Assembly (NCBI GenBank): GCA_964575755.1
Contig: CAZNRH010000004.1
Span: forward strand, 699 to 64,698
Source: an uncultured Candidatus Saccharibacteria bacterium
GTDB taxonomy: Bacteria > Patescibacteriota > Minisyncoccia > Phycocordibacterales > JABMNX01
Length of the DNA stretch: 64,000 nucleotides
Reading direction: 5' to 3'
A program made the translations under genes and the position numbers. Each line of letters opens with the position of its first letter. The stretch's first letter is position 1. The notes under the pieces were generated by a model. It was not told the origin of the DNA, made no database searches, and was given only the letters and a program-made list of their open reading frames with translations. Below, one piece after another: positions 27,108-37,033 of this stretch.

Positions 27108-27395
27108 GTGTCCAACAGTGAAAATTCATATATATGCTTAGTGTATAACCTTCACGGTGCGATAGCTAAGTCGCGTGAAATCGGGTATCCAGTCTGCCTT
27201 ACATCAAAACGAGCTAAATCTTACAAGGAAGATGACGAGGTAGCAACTTTTATTATTACTTCAAAAAAGAATCTCGAAAAGCATTTTGCCGATGCCCTTA
27301 AAAGAAGTGACTGTAAAACAGTTGGCATTAAAAAGTTCAAAAAAAATTTTGATAGAAAAGAAGCTATGGCTTTGATGAACAAAGCTTTTAAGTAA
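27108..27395 (+). CDS. Hypothetical basic orphan protein
   Basis: 95 aa; GAAAGGAG upstream of GTG; hairpin at 27406-27433 downstream. Confidence 0.6.
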   Translation: MSNSENSYICLVYNLHGAIAKSREIGYPVCLTSKRAKSYKEDDEVATFIITSKKNLEKHFADALKRSDCKTVGIKKFKKNFDRKEAMALMNKAFK

Positions 27396-27476
27396 AAAGT
27401 TAACACCACCTCAATCCGATGGAATTGAGGTGGCTTCTTTTATACAGGCTATAAATCTGATACTATCTATTGATAT

Positions 27477-30400
27477 ATGACTGATAGTAAAGATATTTCT
27501 AACACTTCTAATAATGTGCAAAACAAGAGTGATATAGCGCTACACGAAGAGGCTATTTTAGAGTTTTGGAATAAAAATAATATTTTTAAAAAGTCTGAAG
27601 AAAAGGATGCTCCGAAAGGGGAGTTTGTTTTTTACGATGGTCCTCCATTCGCTAGTGGACCCCCTCACTATGGACATTTCCTAGCAAGCACAATAAAGGA
27701 TGCTATACCGCGATATAAGACTATGCGAGGGTATCGTGTGAATCGTAGATGGGGGTGGGATTGCCACGGTCTTCCTGTTGAGAATCTAATTGAAAAAGAA
27801 CTTGACCTTAAAACAAAAAAAGATATAGAACTGTACGGTATAGAAAAATTTAACGAAGCCGCTAGAAGTTCGATAATGAGGGATGCTGATATTTGGAAAA
27901 AAATTATTCCTCGTTTGGGACGTTTTGTTGATATGGAACGTGACTACAAAACGATGGATACCTCATACACAGAGAGTGTGTGGTGGATATTTAATGAACT
28001 GAATAAAAAGAAATTTATCTATAAAGGTTTTAAATCGATGCACCTTTGTCCTAGGTGTGGGACAACTCTTTCTAATTTTGAAGTGAATCAGGGGTACAAA
28101 GATATAACTGATATTTCTGTATATGTAAAACTAGAACTTGAAGACGAACCGGGTACATATTTGCTGGTATGGACTACAACTCCGTGGACACTTCCAGGGA
28201 ATATGGCGGCAGCTATTCATAAGGATGTCACATACATAAAAGTAAAAACAGATGCAGGTAATCTTATCCTTGCTAAAAACCGACTATCTGTATTAGATGG
28301 TGAGTATTCTGTCATTGAAGAATTTAAGGGTGAGAAACTTCTAGGTAAATCGTACACACCTTTGTTTAGTTATTTTCAAGATTCTGAAATAAAAGGTAGG
28401 GAAAACGCTTGGAAGATTTATCATGCTGATTATGTTTCTACGGAAGATGGGACTGGGGCGGTGCACATAGCGCCTGCGTTTGGTGAAGAAGATTTACAGC
28501 TAGCACAAAAGGAAGGAATTCCCATAGTACATCACATAAGCCCCGATGGAGAGTTTATAAAAGAAGTAAAAGATTTTGCTGGGCTACAAGCAAAACCAAA
28601 AGACGATCCTCAGAGGACTGATATTGAGATTATTAAACATCTTGCGCATGATGAAAGAAATCTTTTGTATAAGAAAGAGAAGGTTACTCATTCATACCCG
28701 CATTGTTGGAGGTGTGATACTCCTTTGCTTAACTATGCTTCATCTTCATGGTTTGTAAAAGTAAAAAGATTTAAAGATAAACTTGTTTCTGAAAATAAGA
28801 AAATTAAATGGGTTCCAAAAGAAATGGGGGAAAATAGGTTTGGTAATTGGCTTGAAGGAGCTCGCGACTGGGCAATTTCAAGAAGTAGATACTGGGGTGC
28901 TCCGCTTCCAGTATGGGAGGATAAGAAAAAAAGCACATACATAACATTTGGCTCAATAGCAGATCTTAAAAAGAGTATAAAAAGGTCTGGGAATAAATAT
29001 CTAATAATGCGTCATGGTGAAGCGGTGTTTAATACTAAAAACACTCTTAATTCTAACGTATCCGTCGACAATCCTCTAACAGAAAAAGGTAAAGAAAATA
29101 TAAAGATTGCCGTTAAAGGATTAAGTGGAAAGATAGATGTCGTTATACATTCACCACTGCAAAGGACTCGCGAGACAGCAAAGCTTTTAGTGAAAGAACT
29201 TGGTTTGTCTGAAGAGATATTAAAAGAGGATGCGCGGCTTAAAGAGGTTACATTTGGTGAGTTTGAAGGAAAGTCAGTTGATAAATATCACTCTTTTTAT
29301 AAATTTACTAAAGAACAAATGCTTAAGAAGCCTCATGGTGGGGAATCATGGAGTGAGGTTAAGAACAGAATTACAGAAGCTCTATATAAATTTGAAAATG
29401 AATATAAAGACAAGACTATTTTAATTGTTTCTCACAATGGACCGCTTCAAATGATACAAGCTGGAAGTGAGGGGTTTGATATGGATACATGTGGAGAGTG
29501 TATAACTGACGATAGATTTGATTTAAAGACTGGTGAAGTGCGAGAGCTTTCATTTATTCCACTTCCGCATAATAAAAATTTTGAGCTTGATTTACATAGA
29601 CCATATATTGATGATGTTGAGGTTGTAAATAAAGAGGGTGAAGTGCTAAAGCGAGTTCCTGAAGTGTTTGACTGCTGGTTTGAATCTGGCTCTATGCCGT
29701 ATGCACAACAACATTATCCGTTTAAGAATACTGATACATTTGAACCAAAAAGTGGATTGTTTTCTAAGTCTAAAGGCTACCCAGCCGATTTTATTGCAGA
29801 AGGAACGGATCAGACACGTGGGTGGTTTTACTCCCTGATTGTCCTAGGTGTTGGACTCTTTAACAAAGCGCCGTATAAAAATGTAATAGTAAACGGAATG
29901 ATTTTGGCTGAGGATGGTCAGAAGATGAGTAAGCGTCTTAGAAATTACCCTGACCCTGTAGGGGTTATGGATAAATATGGTGCCGATGCCCTTAGGTACT
30001 ACTTACTTTCCTCGCCTATTGTACGTGGTGAAGATTTAAGCTTCTCTGAAAGTGGGGTTGATGAAGTAATGAAGAAGCTTGTTGGACGACTTTCTAATGT
30101 GAGTTCGTTTTATGAATTGTATAAGGGTGATGTCGAAGATAAAACAAAATCAAACAGTACACATATGCTCGACAGGTGGATTCTTGAGCGAACTAAAGAA
30201 TTAACAAAAGCAGTGACTGATGCGATGGAGAAGTATGAGCTCGATAAGGCAACGCGACCAATAGGTAAGTTTATTGATGATCTTTCTACGTGGTATATCA
30301 GGCGTTCTAGAGATAGGTTTAAAGGTGATGATACGGAGGATAAACTGTACGCACTTAATACTACGAGAGAGGTGTTGTTTGAGATGAGTAAAATAATTGC

Positions 30401-30992
30401 ACCGTTTATGCCGTTTTATGCAGAGACGTTGTATCAAACAGTTAAGAGTGAGTCAGACCCTGAGAGTGTGCACTTGTGTGAATGGCCTGAGGTTATGTCG
30501 GTAGACAATAATATACTAAATGAGATGGAAGAGGTTAGAAATATTGTGTCTCTCGCCCTTGAAGCGCGTTCTTCCGATGGCATAAAAGTTCGACAGCCGT
30601 TAGCTCAATTAAAAGTTAAGAGTAAAAAACTAAAAGGTAAAGACGGACTACTTGAACTTATACAAGATGAAGTGAATGTTAAAGAGGTGGTCGTAGACTC
30701 TTCAATAGAACCTGATGTTTTACTGGATATTAAACTAACTCCAGAGTTGAAGAGTGAAGGTGTTGCGCGAGATATTGTACGGCAGATACAGCAGTTCCGT
30801 AAAGATAGTAATCTATCACCTCAAGATACTATTACTCTTGTTGTTGACGTGGATAGCGACCTTAAGAAGATTATTGAAGATAATATGGAAGATATAAAAC
30901 AAACTGCACTCATTAGAGAGATCTTGTTCGAGTCAGTTGATGGAGAAGGTGCTTCTATTTCAGGGAAACGAATCGCGTTTAAGCTTAAGTAA
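27477..30992 (+). CDS. ileS: Isoleucine--tRNA ligase (type 2) with an inserted histidine phosphatase domain
   Basis: DGPP..SG.PHYGH, GWDCHGLP, WTTTPWT, GTGAVH, ISRSRYWG, WFESG and KMSKR motifs; RHGE...SPLQRT..E..SHNG insert. Confidence 0.95.
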   Translation: MTDSKDISNTSNNVQNKSDIALHEEAILEFWNKNNIFKKSEEKDAPKGEFVFYDGPPFASGPPHYGHFLASTIKDAIPRYKTMRGYRVNRRWGWDCHGLPVENLIEKELDLKTKKDIELYGIEKFNEAARSSIMRDADIWKKIIPRLGRFVDMERDYKTMDTSYTESVWWIFNELNKKKFIYKGFKSMHLCPRCGTTLSNFEVNQGYKDITDISVYVKLELEDEPGTYLLVWTTTPWTLPGNMAAAIHKDVTYIKVKTDAGNLILAKNRLSVLDGEYSVIEEFKGEKLLGKSYTPLFSYFQDSEIKGRENAWKIYHADYVSTEDGTGAVHIAPAFGEEDLQLAQKEGIPIVHHISPDGEFIKEVKDFAGLQAKPKDDPQRTDIEIIKHLAHDERNLLYKKEKVTHSYPHCWRCDTPLLNYASSSWFVKVKRFKDKLVSENKKIKWVPKEMGENRFGNWLEGARDWAISRSRYWGAPLPVWEDKKKSTYITFGSIADLKKSIKRSGNKYLIMRHGEAVFNTKNTLNSNVSVDNPLTEKGKENIKIAVKGLSGKIDVVIHSPLQRTRETAKLLVKELGLSEEILKEDARLKEVTFGEFEGKSVDKYHSFYKFTKEQMLKKPHGGESWSEVKNRITEALYKFENEYKDKTILIVSHNGPLQMIQAGSEGFDMDTCGECITDDRFDLKTGEVRELSFIPLPHNKNFELDLHRPYIDDVEVVNKEGEVLKRVPEVFDCWFESGSMPYAQQHYPFKNTDTFEPKSGLFSKSKGYPADFIAEGTDQTRGWFYSLIVLGVGLFNKAPYKNVIVNGMILAEDGQKMSKRLRNYPDPVGVMDKYGADALRYYLLSSPIVRGEDLSFSESGVDEVMKKLVGRLSNVSSFYELYKGDVEDKTKSNSTHMLDRWILERTKELTKAVTDAMEKYELDKATRPIGKFIDDLSTWYIRRSRDRFKGDDTEDKLYALNTTREVLFEMSKIIAPFMPFYAETLYQTVKSESDPESVHLCEWPEVMSVDNNILNEMEEVRNIVSLALEARSSDGIKVRQPLAQLKVKSKKLKGKDGLLELIQDEVNVKEVVVDSSIEPDVLLDIKLTPELKSEGVARDIVRQIQQFRKDSNLSPQDTITLVVDVDSDLKKIIEDNMEDIKQTALIREILFESVDGEGASISGKRIAFKLK

Positions 30993-31002
30993 CAAGATTG
31001 TT

Positions 31003-31596
31003 ATGTCACATCATAGATACCAGACAGAGGCGATTATACTAGGGAGCTCTGATATGGGTGAGGCTAACCGGTTTATTGATATGTATACTGCAGAGCTTGG
31101 AAGGATTCGTGCTGTTGCAAGGAGTGTGAGGGAAGAGCGCTCTAAACTCAGGTTTTCTTTACAGGATTTCTCTATGGCAGAGGTTTCTTTAGTTCGAGGG
31201 AGGGAGGTATGGCGTATTGTTGGGGCAGAGAGCGGATACAATTTTCATAATGAATTTAAGGAAAATAATGGCGAGACAAAAACAGCACTTAGAATGGTCT
31301 CACTTTTAAAGAGATTACTTAATGGCGAGGAAGAAAACAGGGAGCTATTTACCGTTGTGTCAGACGCTTTTTCATTTCTTAAAACAAGCTCTCTTTCTGA
31401 TGAGGAATTAAGTAGCTTTGAATGTTTAGTCGTGCTTCGTATACTTTATAATCTTGGATATGTTGCAAAAGATAGTACAAACGCGCGATTTCTTGATACT
31501 GCAGATATTCATGTTGACTTGATGTCACACATCTCTCCGATGCGAGAAGATGTTATAAAACAAATTAACACTTCACTTCAAGAAAGTCAGCTTTGA
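31003..31596 (+). CDS. recO: DNA repair protein RecO
   Basis: TEAIIL...GEANR...T..LG.I.A.ARSVR...SKLR OB fold; L..LGY helical domain. Confidence 0.85.
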   Translation: MSHHRYQTEAIILGSSDMGEANRFIDMYTAELGRIRAVARSVREERSKLRFSLQDFSMAEVSLVRGREVWRIVGAESGYNFHNEFKENNGETKTALRMVSLLKRLLNGEEENRELFTVVSDAFSFLKTSSLSDEELSSFECLVVLRILYNLGYVAKDSTNARFLDTADIHVDLMSHISPMREDVIKQINTSLQESQL

Positions 31597-31603
31597 TAAT
31601 TTT

Positions 31604-32401
31604 ATGACAAAAGAGAAACCACGACCAAACTTAAATAGTGATAAGGAATATATAAATAAGATACACAATCTTATTATTAAAAAAAATAACATTGAAGAGA
31701 TTCACTTTGAATATTTAAACGAAGCTTTGTTTGACCTCGGCATCACGTCAGATATTTACAAGGATTTCTCTTTGGGATCTGTACCAGAAGAAATAAGACT
31801 ATCCATTGAAAGAGCTTTTGAATATATAGAAAATAATGAATTGTCAGATGAGGTGTTAGTTAAGATTTACAGGCTTTGGGACTATTTAACAGAGAGCGAT
31901 CCCTTAGAAAAAGCAGATATAATTTATGTGTTCGGAGGAATTAGTGAATTAGGAGTGAAAGAATCTATACGAATAAAAAACAAAGGCTATGCCTCTAAGA
32001 TTTTGTTTAGTGGGAAACACGCTTCATATATGAAAGATGTTGAACTTTCTGAAGCTGAAAAATATACAGAATTGGCAATTAAGAGTGGTGTGTCCAAAGA
32101 AGATATAATTTTAGAGAAAGAGTCTATAAATACTCCAGAGAATATTGTGAATTCTGCAAAAATTTTACATGAAATGAATTTTCTTCCTAAGAAGATAATT
32201 GCCGTAAGTCTTCCATATCACATGAAAAGAGCTTCGTTAACAATGAAAGGAGGATTTGATTGGGAGTTTCAATTAATTCGTCACCCAGGTCTTTCCGCAA
32301 AATATACAAGAGAAAGCTATTTTAGAGACAAGAACGGATGGACGTACATTTGCTATGAATTCATTAAAATATATATGGCACGGAAGATGGGGCATTTTTA
32401 A
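31604..32401 (+). CDS. YdcF/DUF218 (ElyC/SanA-like) protein
   Basis: D.I.VFG, SG..., EA, E..S.NT.EN and YHMKRA motifs. Confidence 0.8.
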   Translation: MTKEKPRPNLNSDKEYINKIHNLIIKKNNIEEIHFEYLNEALFDLGITSDIYKDFSLGSVPEEIRLSIERAFEYIENNELSDEVLVKIYRLWDYLTESDPLEKADIIYVFGGISELGVKESIRIKNKGYASKILFSGKHASYMKDVELSEAEKYTELAIKSGVSKEDIILEKESINTPENIVNSAKILHEMNFLPKKIIAVSLPYHMKRASLTMKGGFDWEFQLIRHPGLSAKYTRESYFRDKNGWTYICYEFIKIYMARKMGHF

Positions 32402-32456
32402 ATGTAAATTCTTCCACTATCCACTTTTTACTATCTACTCTATACTTATCTAGTAT

Positions 32457-34358
32457 ATGAACGAGAAGGATAGAATAAAGAGTTTACGGAGGAGGCTCTA
32501 CTCACGCCGTGGTATAAAGTCTGACGGGAGACATGGACTGCGTTCTGAAGATAGCTCGGTAAAAAGATCGTGGACTCAACCAAGTGTTAAAAAGAAAGAC
32601 TCTCCAGTAAAAGAGAAGAGGTCTCTACTGGGATTGTTTTTCACCATTTCGGTACTGTTTTTCATTGGTTCTGTGATGTTTGGTTCTTTTTATTTTTTTG
32701 AAGAGAAAAATGTCGTTTCGTCAGATAATGTTGACATACAAATTCAGGGTCCAACTGCAATAGGTGGTGGGGAAGAGTTAGAACTACAAGTGACTATTGT
32801 AAACAAGAATGCGACTACGCTTCAGTTAGTAGATTTACTTGTTGAATACCCCGAAGGGACTCGTTCTCCAGGAGACTTACAAAATGAATTACTTAGGTTT
32901 AGGAGCTCGATCGGTAACATTGTGCCTGGCGAGCGTGTGAACAAAAGTATAGGCGCCGTCTTGTTCGGTGAAGAAAATACCCAGAAAAGTATTACTGTTA
33001 CTGTGGAATACAGAGTGGCTGGATCTAATGCAATATTTTTCGCTGAAAAGGAGTACCAAGTTACTTTATCTTCGTCACCTGTGAACGTCTCAGTACGTTC
33101 GTTTAATGAAGTCGTGTCTGGGCAAGAGATTGATTTCACTGTTGTGGTCAACTCTAACTCAAGTGCACTTGTCGAGAACCTAATACTAAGAGCAGAATAT
33201 CCTTTCGGATTTTCGTTTACTAAATCTGAGCCAGAAGCTAAGTTCTCAAACTCTATATGGGACATTGGCGACTTAGACCCAGAACAGGAAAAGACAATAC
33301 GTATATTTGGCGTAATGACAGGGCAGGACAATGAAGAAAGAGTGTTTCGTTTTGAGGTTGGTGTACGAGATGACTTAGATGTAAAGAAGCTTGCGACTAC
33401 ATTTGTCTCTACAACTCGCGGAATAACTATAAAGCGTCCATTTATAAGTGCGGATATTACACTTAATGACAAAAGAGAGGATTTGTATGTTTTTTCAAGT
33501 GGCGAACAGATTAGTGGCGAGATAGCGTGGAAGAATAATTTAACAGATACTATTTCTGATGCACAGTTTGAGATTAATCTCTCTGGGAATTCTGTCGACG
33601 AGTCATCTATATTGGCTGAACAAGGTTTTTATAATTCTGTAACCAATACCCTCCGTTGGGGTAGGGATACTAAGCAGGGGCTTGCGGAGCTAAGTCCGTC
33701 ACAAGCTGGAATTATTAAGTTTAATTTTAAAACTAAAAATATTGCAGTGTTTGGGATTAGGAATCCAGAAATCATACTTAGTTTAACTGTTCGTGGGAGG
33801 AGAGAGAGTGAAAGTAACGTGCCTGAGCAGATAGAATCTATAATTACGAGAAAGATACGTATCTCGTCTGACTTAAATCTTACTTCACGTCTACTTTATA
33901 ACACTGGAGGTATAGTAAACAGTGGGCCACTTCCACCTGTTGCGGAAAGAGAAACGCTATATACTGTTGTCTGGACTATTACGAATACTGCCAACCATGT
34001 GTCTGGTGTAAAAGTTGTTGCGGAACTGCCTTCTTATGTAAGGTGGGCAGGTAGATTTATACCAGGCGATGCGAGCATAAGCTTCAACCCTAATAATAAT
34101 CAGGTTACTTGGAATGTTGGGGAGGTGAAGCAGGGTGTGGGAGTTAGTGTAACTCCAAAAGAGGTGTCGTTTCAAATAGGACTCATCCCTAGCTTGAGTC
34201 AGGTTGGTGGAACACCAGCTTTAGTGCATAATCAGTCTATTGTTGGGTTTGACCAGTTTACTGAAGTACAAATAAGTGGCGTTAGTGCACCGCTCACTAC
34301 ACGAATTACTTCAGAGGTTGGACTACCTAGTGAACATGGGCGTGTATTGGCTCCATAA
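32457..34358 (+). CDS. Membrane-anchored surface protein with tandem Ig-like (DUF11-like) domains
   Basis: Basic N-terminus, one TM, repeated beta-sandwich signatures (YP.G, W.IG.L, Y...W...N, W.VG). Confidence 0.7.
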   Translation: MNEKDRIKSLRRRLYSRRGIKSDGRHGLRSEDSSVKRSWTQPSVKKKDSPVKEKRSLLGLFFTISVLFFIGSVMFGSFYFFEEKNVVSSDNVDIQIQGPTAIGGGEELELQVTIVNKNATTLQLVDLLVEYPEGTRSPGDLQNELLRFRSSIGNIVPGERVNKSIGAVLFGEENTQKSITVTVEYRVAGSNAIFFAEKEYQVTLSSSPVNVSVRSFNEVVSGQEIDFTVVVNSNSSALVENLILRAEYPFGFSFTKSEPEAKFSNSIWDIGDLDPEQEKTIRIFGVMTGQDNEERVFRFEVGVRDDLDVKKLATTFVSTTRGITIKRPFISADITLNDKREDLYVFSSGEQISGEIAWKNNLTDTISDAQFEINLSGNSVDESSILAEQGFYNSVTNTLRWGRDTKQGLAELSPSQAGIIKFNFKTKNIAVFGIRNPEIILSLTVRGRRESESNVPEQIESIITRKIRISSDLNLTSRLLYNTGGIVNSGPLPPVAERETLYTVVWTITNTANHVSGVKVVAELPSYVRWAGRFIPGDASISFNPNNNQVTWNVGEVKQGVGVSVTPKEVSFQIGLIPSLSQVGGTPALVHNQSIVGFDQFTEVQISGVSAPLTTRITSEVGLPSEHGRVLAP

Positions 34359-34382
34359 ATAATATAAACAAAAGCAATAGAT

Positions 34383-35693
34383 ATGGGAAAAGAGAAAGAC
34401 AGCGAATTGATGGAGAAAATTGTTTCACTCACAAAGCGACGCGGTTTTGTGTTTCAAGGATCTGAAATCTATGGAGGTATAGCAGGAATGTTCGACTATG
34501 GACCACTTGGTGTTGCGCTTTCTCATAATATTACTGACTTGTGGTGGGATAAATTTGTTGATGCTCGAGATGATGTATATGGACTCGACGCAGCTATTAT
34601 AATGAACCCTAAAGTGTGGGAAGCGAGCGGACACGTGGACGGTTTTTCTGACCCAATGGTTGAATGTAAGAAGTGTAAAAAGCGTTTTAGAGAGGATCAG
34701 GTAGAAGGCGAATGCCTAGAGTGTGGTGGTGAGTTTGCGGATGCAAAACAGTTTAATATGATGTTTAAGACAAATGTTGGAGCTACTGAAGATGAGTCGT
34801 CTGTAACATACCTTAGACCAGAGACTGCTGGGGGTATTTTTACAAATTTTAAAAATGTAATGGATTCGATGCATCCAAAACTTCCGTTTGGTATCGCGCA
34901 AATAGGTAAAGCTTTTCGTAATGAGATTGCTCCGCGAGACTTTATTTTCCGACTGCGTGAGATGAAGCAAATGGAAGTAGAATATTTTGTTAAAGAAGTT
35001 GACTGGGAGGGTGCATTCTCACAGTGGCAGAAAAGTATGAATGAATACGCACAAGAGATAGGAATTGATAAAGATTCGCTACATGAACTTGAAGTTGGAG
35101 ACGGCGATAGAGCGCACTACTCAAAACGTACTATAGATTTTGAATTTGATTTTCCGTTCGGAAGAAAAGAGTTGTGGGGGTTGGCGTATCGCTCTGACCA
35201 CGATTTAACTTGTCATGCTAAAGCGTCTGGAGTTGATTTAACATACCTTGATACAGAAACTAATGAAAGATTTGTACCTCATGTTGTGGAACCATCGCTT
35301 GGTGTTGATAGGACGGTATTAGCTGTTCTTGTGTCTGCATATCGTGAGGATGAAGTAGGAGACAGTAAAAGGGTGTACCTTGCGTTTAAGCCATCTGTGG
35401 CGCCTATTAAAGCTGCTGTGTTTCCACTTATGAAGAATAAGCCAGAGCTTCAGGAGAAGGCTCGTGAGGTGTATAAAAACCTTAAGAAAGAGATTCCTCA
35501 AATAATGTTTGATGATAATGGAAATGTAGGCAAGAGGTATCGTAGGCAAGATGAAATAGGCACGCCGTACTGTATTACTATTGATTTCGATACTTTAGAA
35601 GATAATACTGTGACTGTGCGTAATAGAGATACAGCAGAACAAGAAAGGGTTTCAATTGAAAATCTTGTTGAGGTGTTGAAAAAAGATTTGTAA
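34383..35693 (+). CDS. glyQS: Glycine--tRNA ligase, alpha2 (archaeal/eukaryal-like) type
   Basis: EIYGG..G..DYGPLG, YLRPETA, GKAFRNEI, HVVEPS.G.DR and GKRYRRQDEIGTP motifs. Confidence 0.97.
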   Translation: MGKEKDSELMEKIVSLTKRRGFVFQGSEIYGGIAGMFDYGPLGVALSHNITDLWWDKFVDARDDVYGLDAAIIMNPKVWEASGHVDGFSDPMVECKKCKKRFREDQVEGECLECGGEFADAKQFNMMFKTNVGATEDESSVTYLRPETAGGIFTNFKNVMDSMHPKLPFGIAQIGKAFRNEIAPRDFIFRLREMKQMEVEYFVKEVDWEGAFSQWQKSMNEYAQEIGIDKDSLHELEVGDGDRAHYSKRTIDFEFDFPFGRKELWGLAYRSDHDLTCHAKASGVDLTYLDTETNERFVPHVVEPSLGVDRTVLAVLVSAYREDEVGDSKRVYLAFKPSVAPIKAAVFPLMKNKPELQEKAREVYKNLKKEIPQIMFDDNGNVGKRYRRQDEIGTPYCITIDFDTLEDNTVTVRNRDTAEQERVSIENLVEVLKKDL

Positions 35694-35750
35694 TCTGGGT
35701 TAGCGTCTACTTACTGGCTACTACTATCTATTAATTATATAATTAATGGT

Positions 35751-36809
35751 ATGTCTGATAACACTAAACAGCTAATTGTAAATATTACGACCGGAACGGT
35801 TATTAAATCTATATTACTTGTAATATTGTTCGTGGCACTCTTTTATTTACAGGACCTCGTTCTGGTCATTTTGACTTCTGTGGTTATAGCCTCTGCTATC
35901 GAACCTGCTACAAAATGGTTTGTGCGGTATAGGTTCCCACGCGTTGTAGCTGTTATGGTGGTTTACTTGTTATTTTTTGCTTTCTTGCTTGGATTCTTTT
36001 ACTTTTTCTTGCCACCAGTTTTAACTGAGATGATTAATTTCTTGGGAGTTTTGCCTAGCTATTTAGATACATTTGATTCATCGAGACCATTTCAAGAGTC
36101 TGTATTTTTGGGAACACAGAGTGTCGTTGATACATTTTCAATAACCAATGTAGTGACGGAGTTGAGGGCTCTCTTTTCTAATGTTTCGGAAAGTTTCTTA
36201 GCAACTGTTACGTTTGTATTTGGTGGTGTATTTAGCTTCGTCTTGATTATAGTTTTCTCCTTTTATTTCGCTATGCAAGAGACTGGAATAGACGATTTCC
36301 TTAGAATTATATCTCCTGTAAAATATCAAAAAGAGATAATTAGCCTCTGGAAGCGTTCTCAGATTAAGATTGGTTTATGGATGCAGGGACAGATTATTTT
36401 GGCCGTGATTGTGGGTATGCTCGTGTACCTTGGTCTTACTATACTGGGAGTTAAGTACGCACTCCTTCTTGCTGTAATTGCTGCAATGTTTGAGTTGATA
36501 CCTGTATTTGGACCTATTCTTTCATCAATTCCGGCTATTATTATTGGTTTTGTTGACGGTGGTGCTACAACTGGACTTATGGTCATGGGTCTTTATGTAA
36601 TTATTCAGCAGTTTGAAAATCACCTTATCTATCCGCTTGTGGTGACTAAAGTGGTTGGTGTTCCGCCTCTTTTGGTTATTATTGCGCTTCTTGTGGGGGC
36701 TCAACTAGCTGGGTTCTTGGGGGTTATCTTGGCTGTACCTATTGCAGCTGTGATTCAAGAGTTTGTGAGTGATATGCAGAAGAAGAAGGAAGGGGCACTT
36801 CAAAACTGA
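35751..36809 (+). CDS. AI-2E family transporter
   Basis: IPVFGP, IQQFEN.LIYP and G.LAGFLGVILAVP motifs. Confidence 0.92.
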   Translation: MSDNTKQLIVNITTGTVIKSILLVILFVALFYLQDLVLVILTSVVIASAIEPATKWFVRYRFPRVVAVMVVYLLFFAFLLGFFYFFLPPVLTEMINFLGVLPSYLDTFDSSRPFQESVFLGTQSVVDTFSITNVVTELRALFSNVSESFLATVTFVFGGVFSFVLIIVFSFYFAMQETGIDDFLRIISPVKYQKEIISLWKRSQIKIGLWMQGQIILAVIVGMLVYLGLTILGVKYALLLAVIAAMFELIPVFGPILSSIPAIIIGFVDGGATTGLMVMGLYVIIQQFENHLIYPLVVTKVVGVPPLLVIIALLVGAQLAGFLGVILAVPIAAVIQEFVSDMQKKKEGALQN

Positions 36810-36827
36810 CACAATCAGCGGCCACAG

Positions 36828-36876
36828 GCACTGCTGTTTGTATCTAATCGCTGTGACTCTTAGACAAACAGGGAGC
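36828..36876 (-). repeat. GCTCCC-stem-GCAGTGC structured repeat (family also at 48739, 57445 and 57494)
   Basis: Reverse complement closely matches 57494-57541. Confidence 0.75.
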
Positions 36877-37033
36877 ATTTCTTCGTCGCTACTTCACTAA
36901 ATATCATTCACTGTATGCTCGATACAGTTCATTCCATTTAGTTCGTGCTTCTCGAACTGTACCCAATTGTGTTAGTTCTGGACTTGATAAAAAATAATCT
37001 CTGGCGTAATATCGTAGTGATAATACAAAAACT

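Noticed and set aside
32822-33472. Long antisense ORFs (also 49324-49656, 51226-51732, 54131-56722 and others)
   Set aside because: They are shadows of well-supported genes on the opposite strand, explained by codon bias and lacking motifs.
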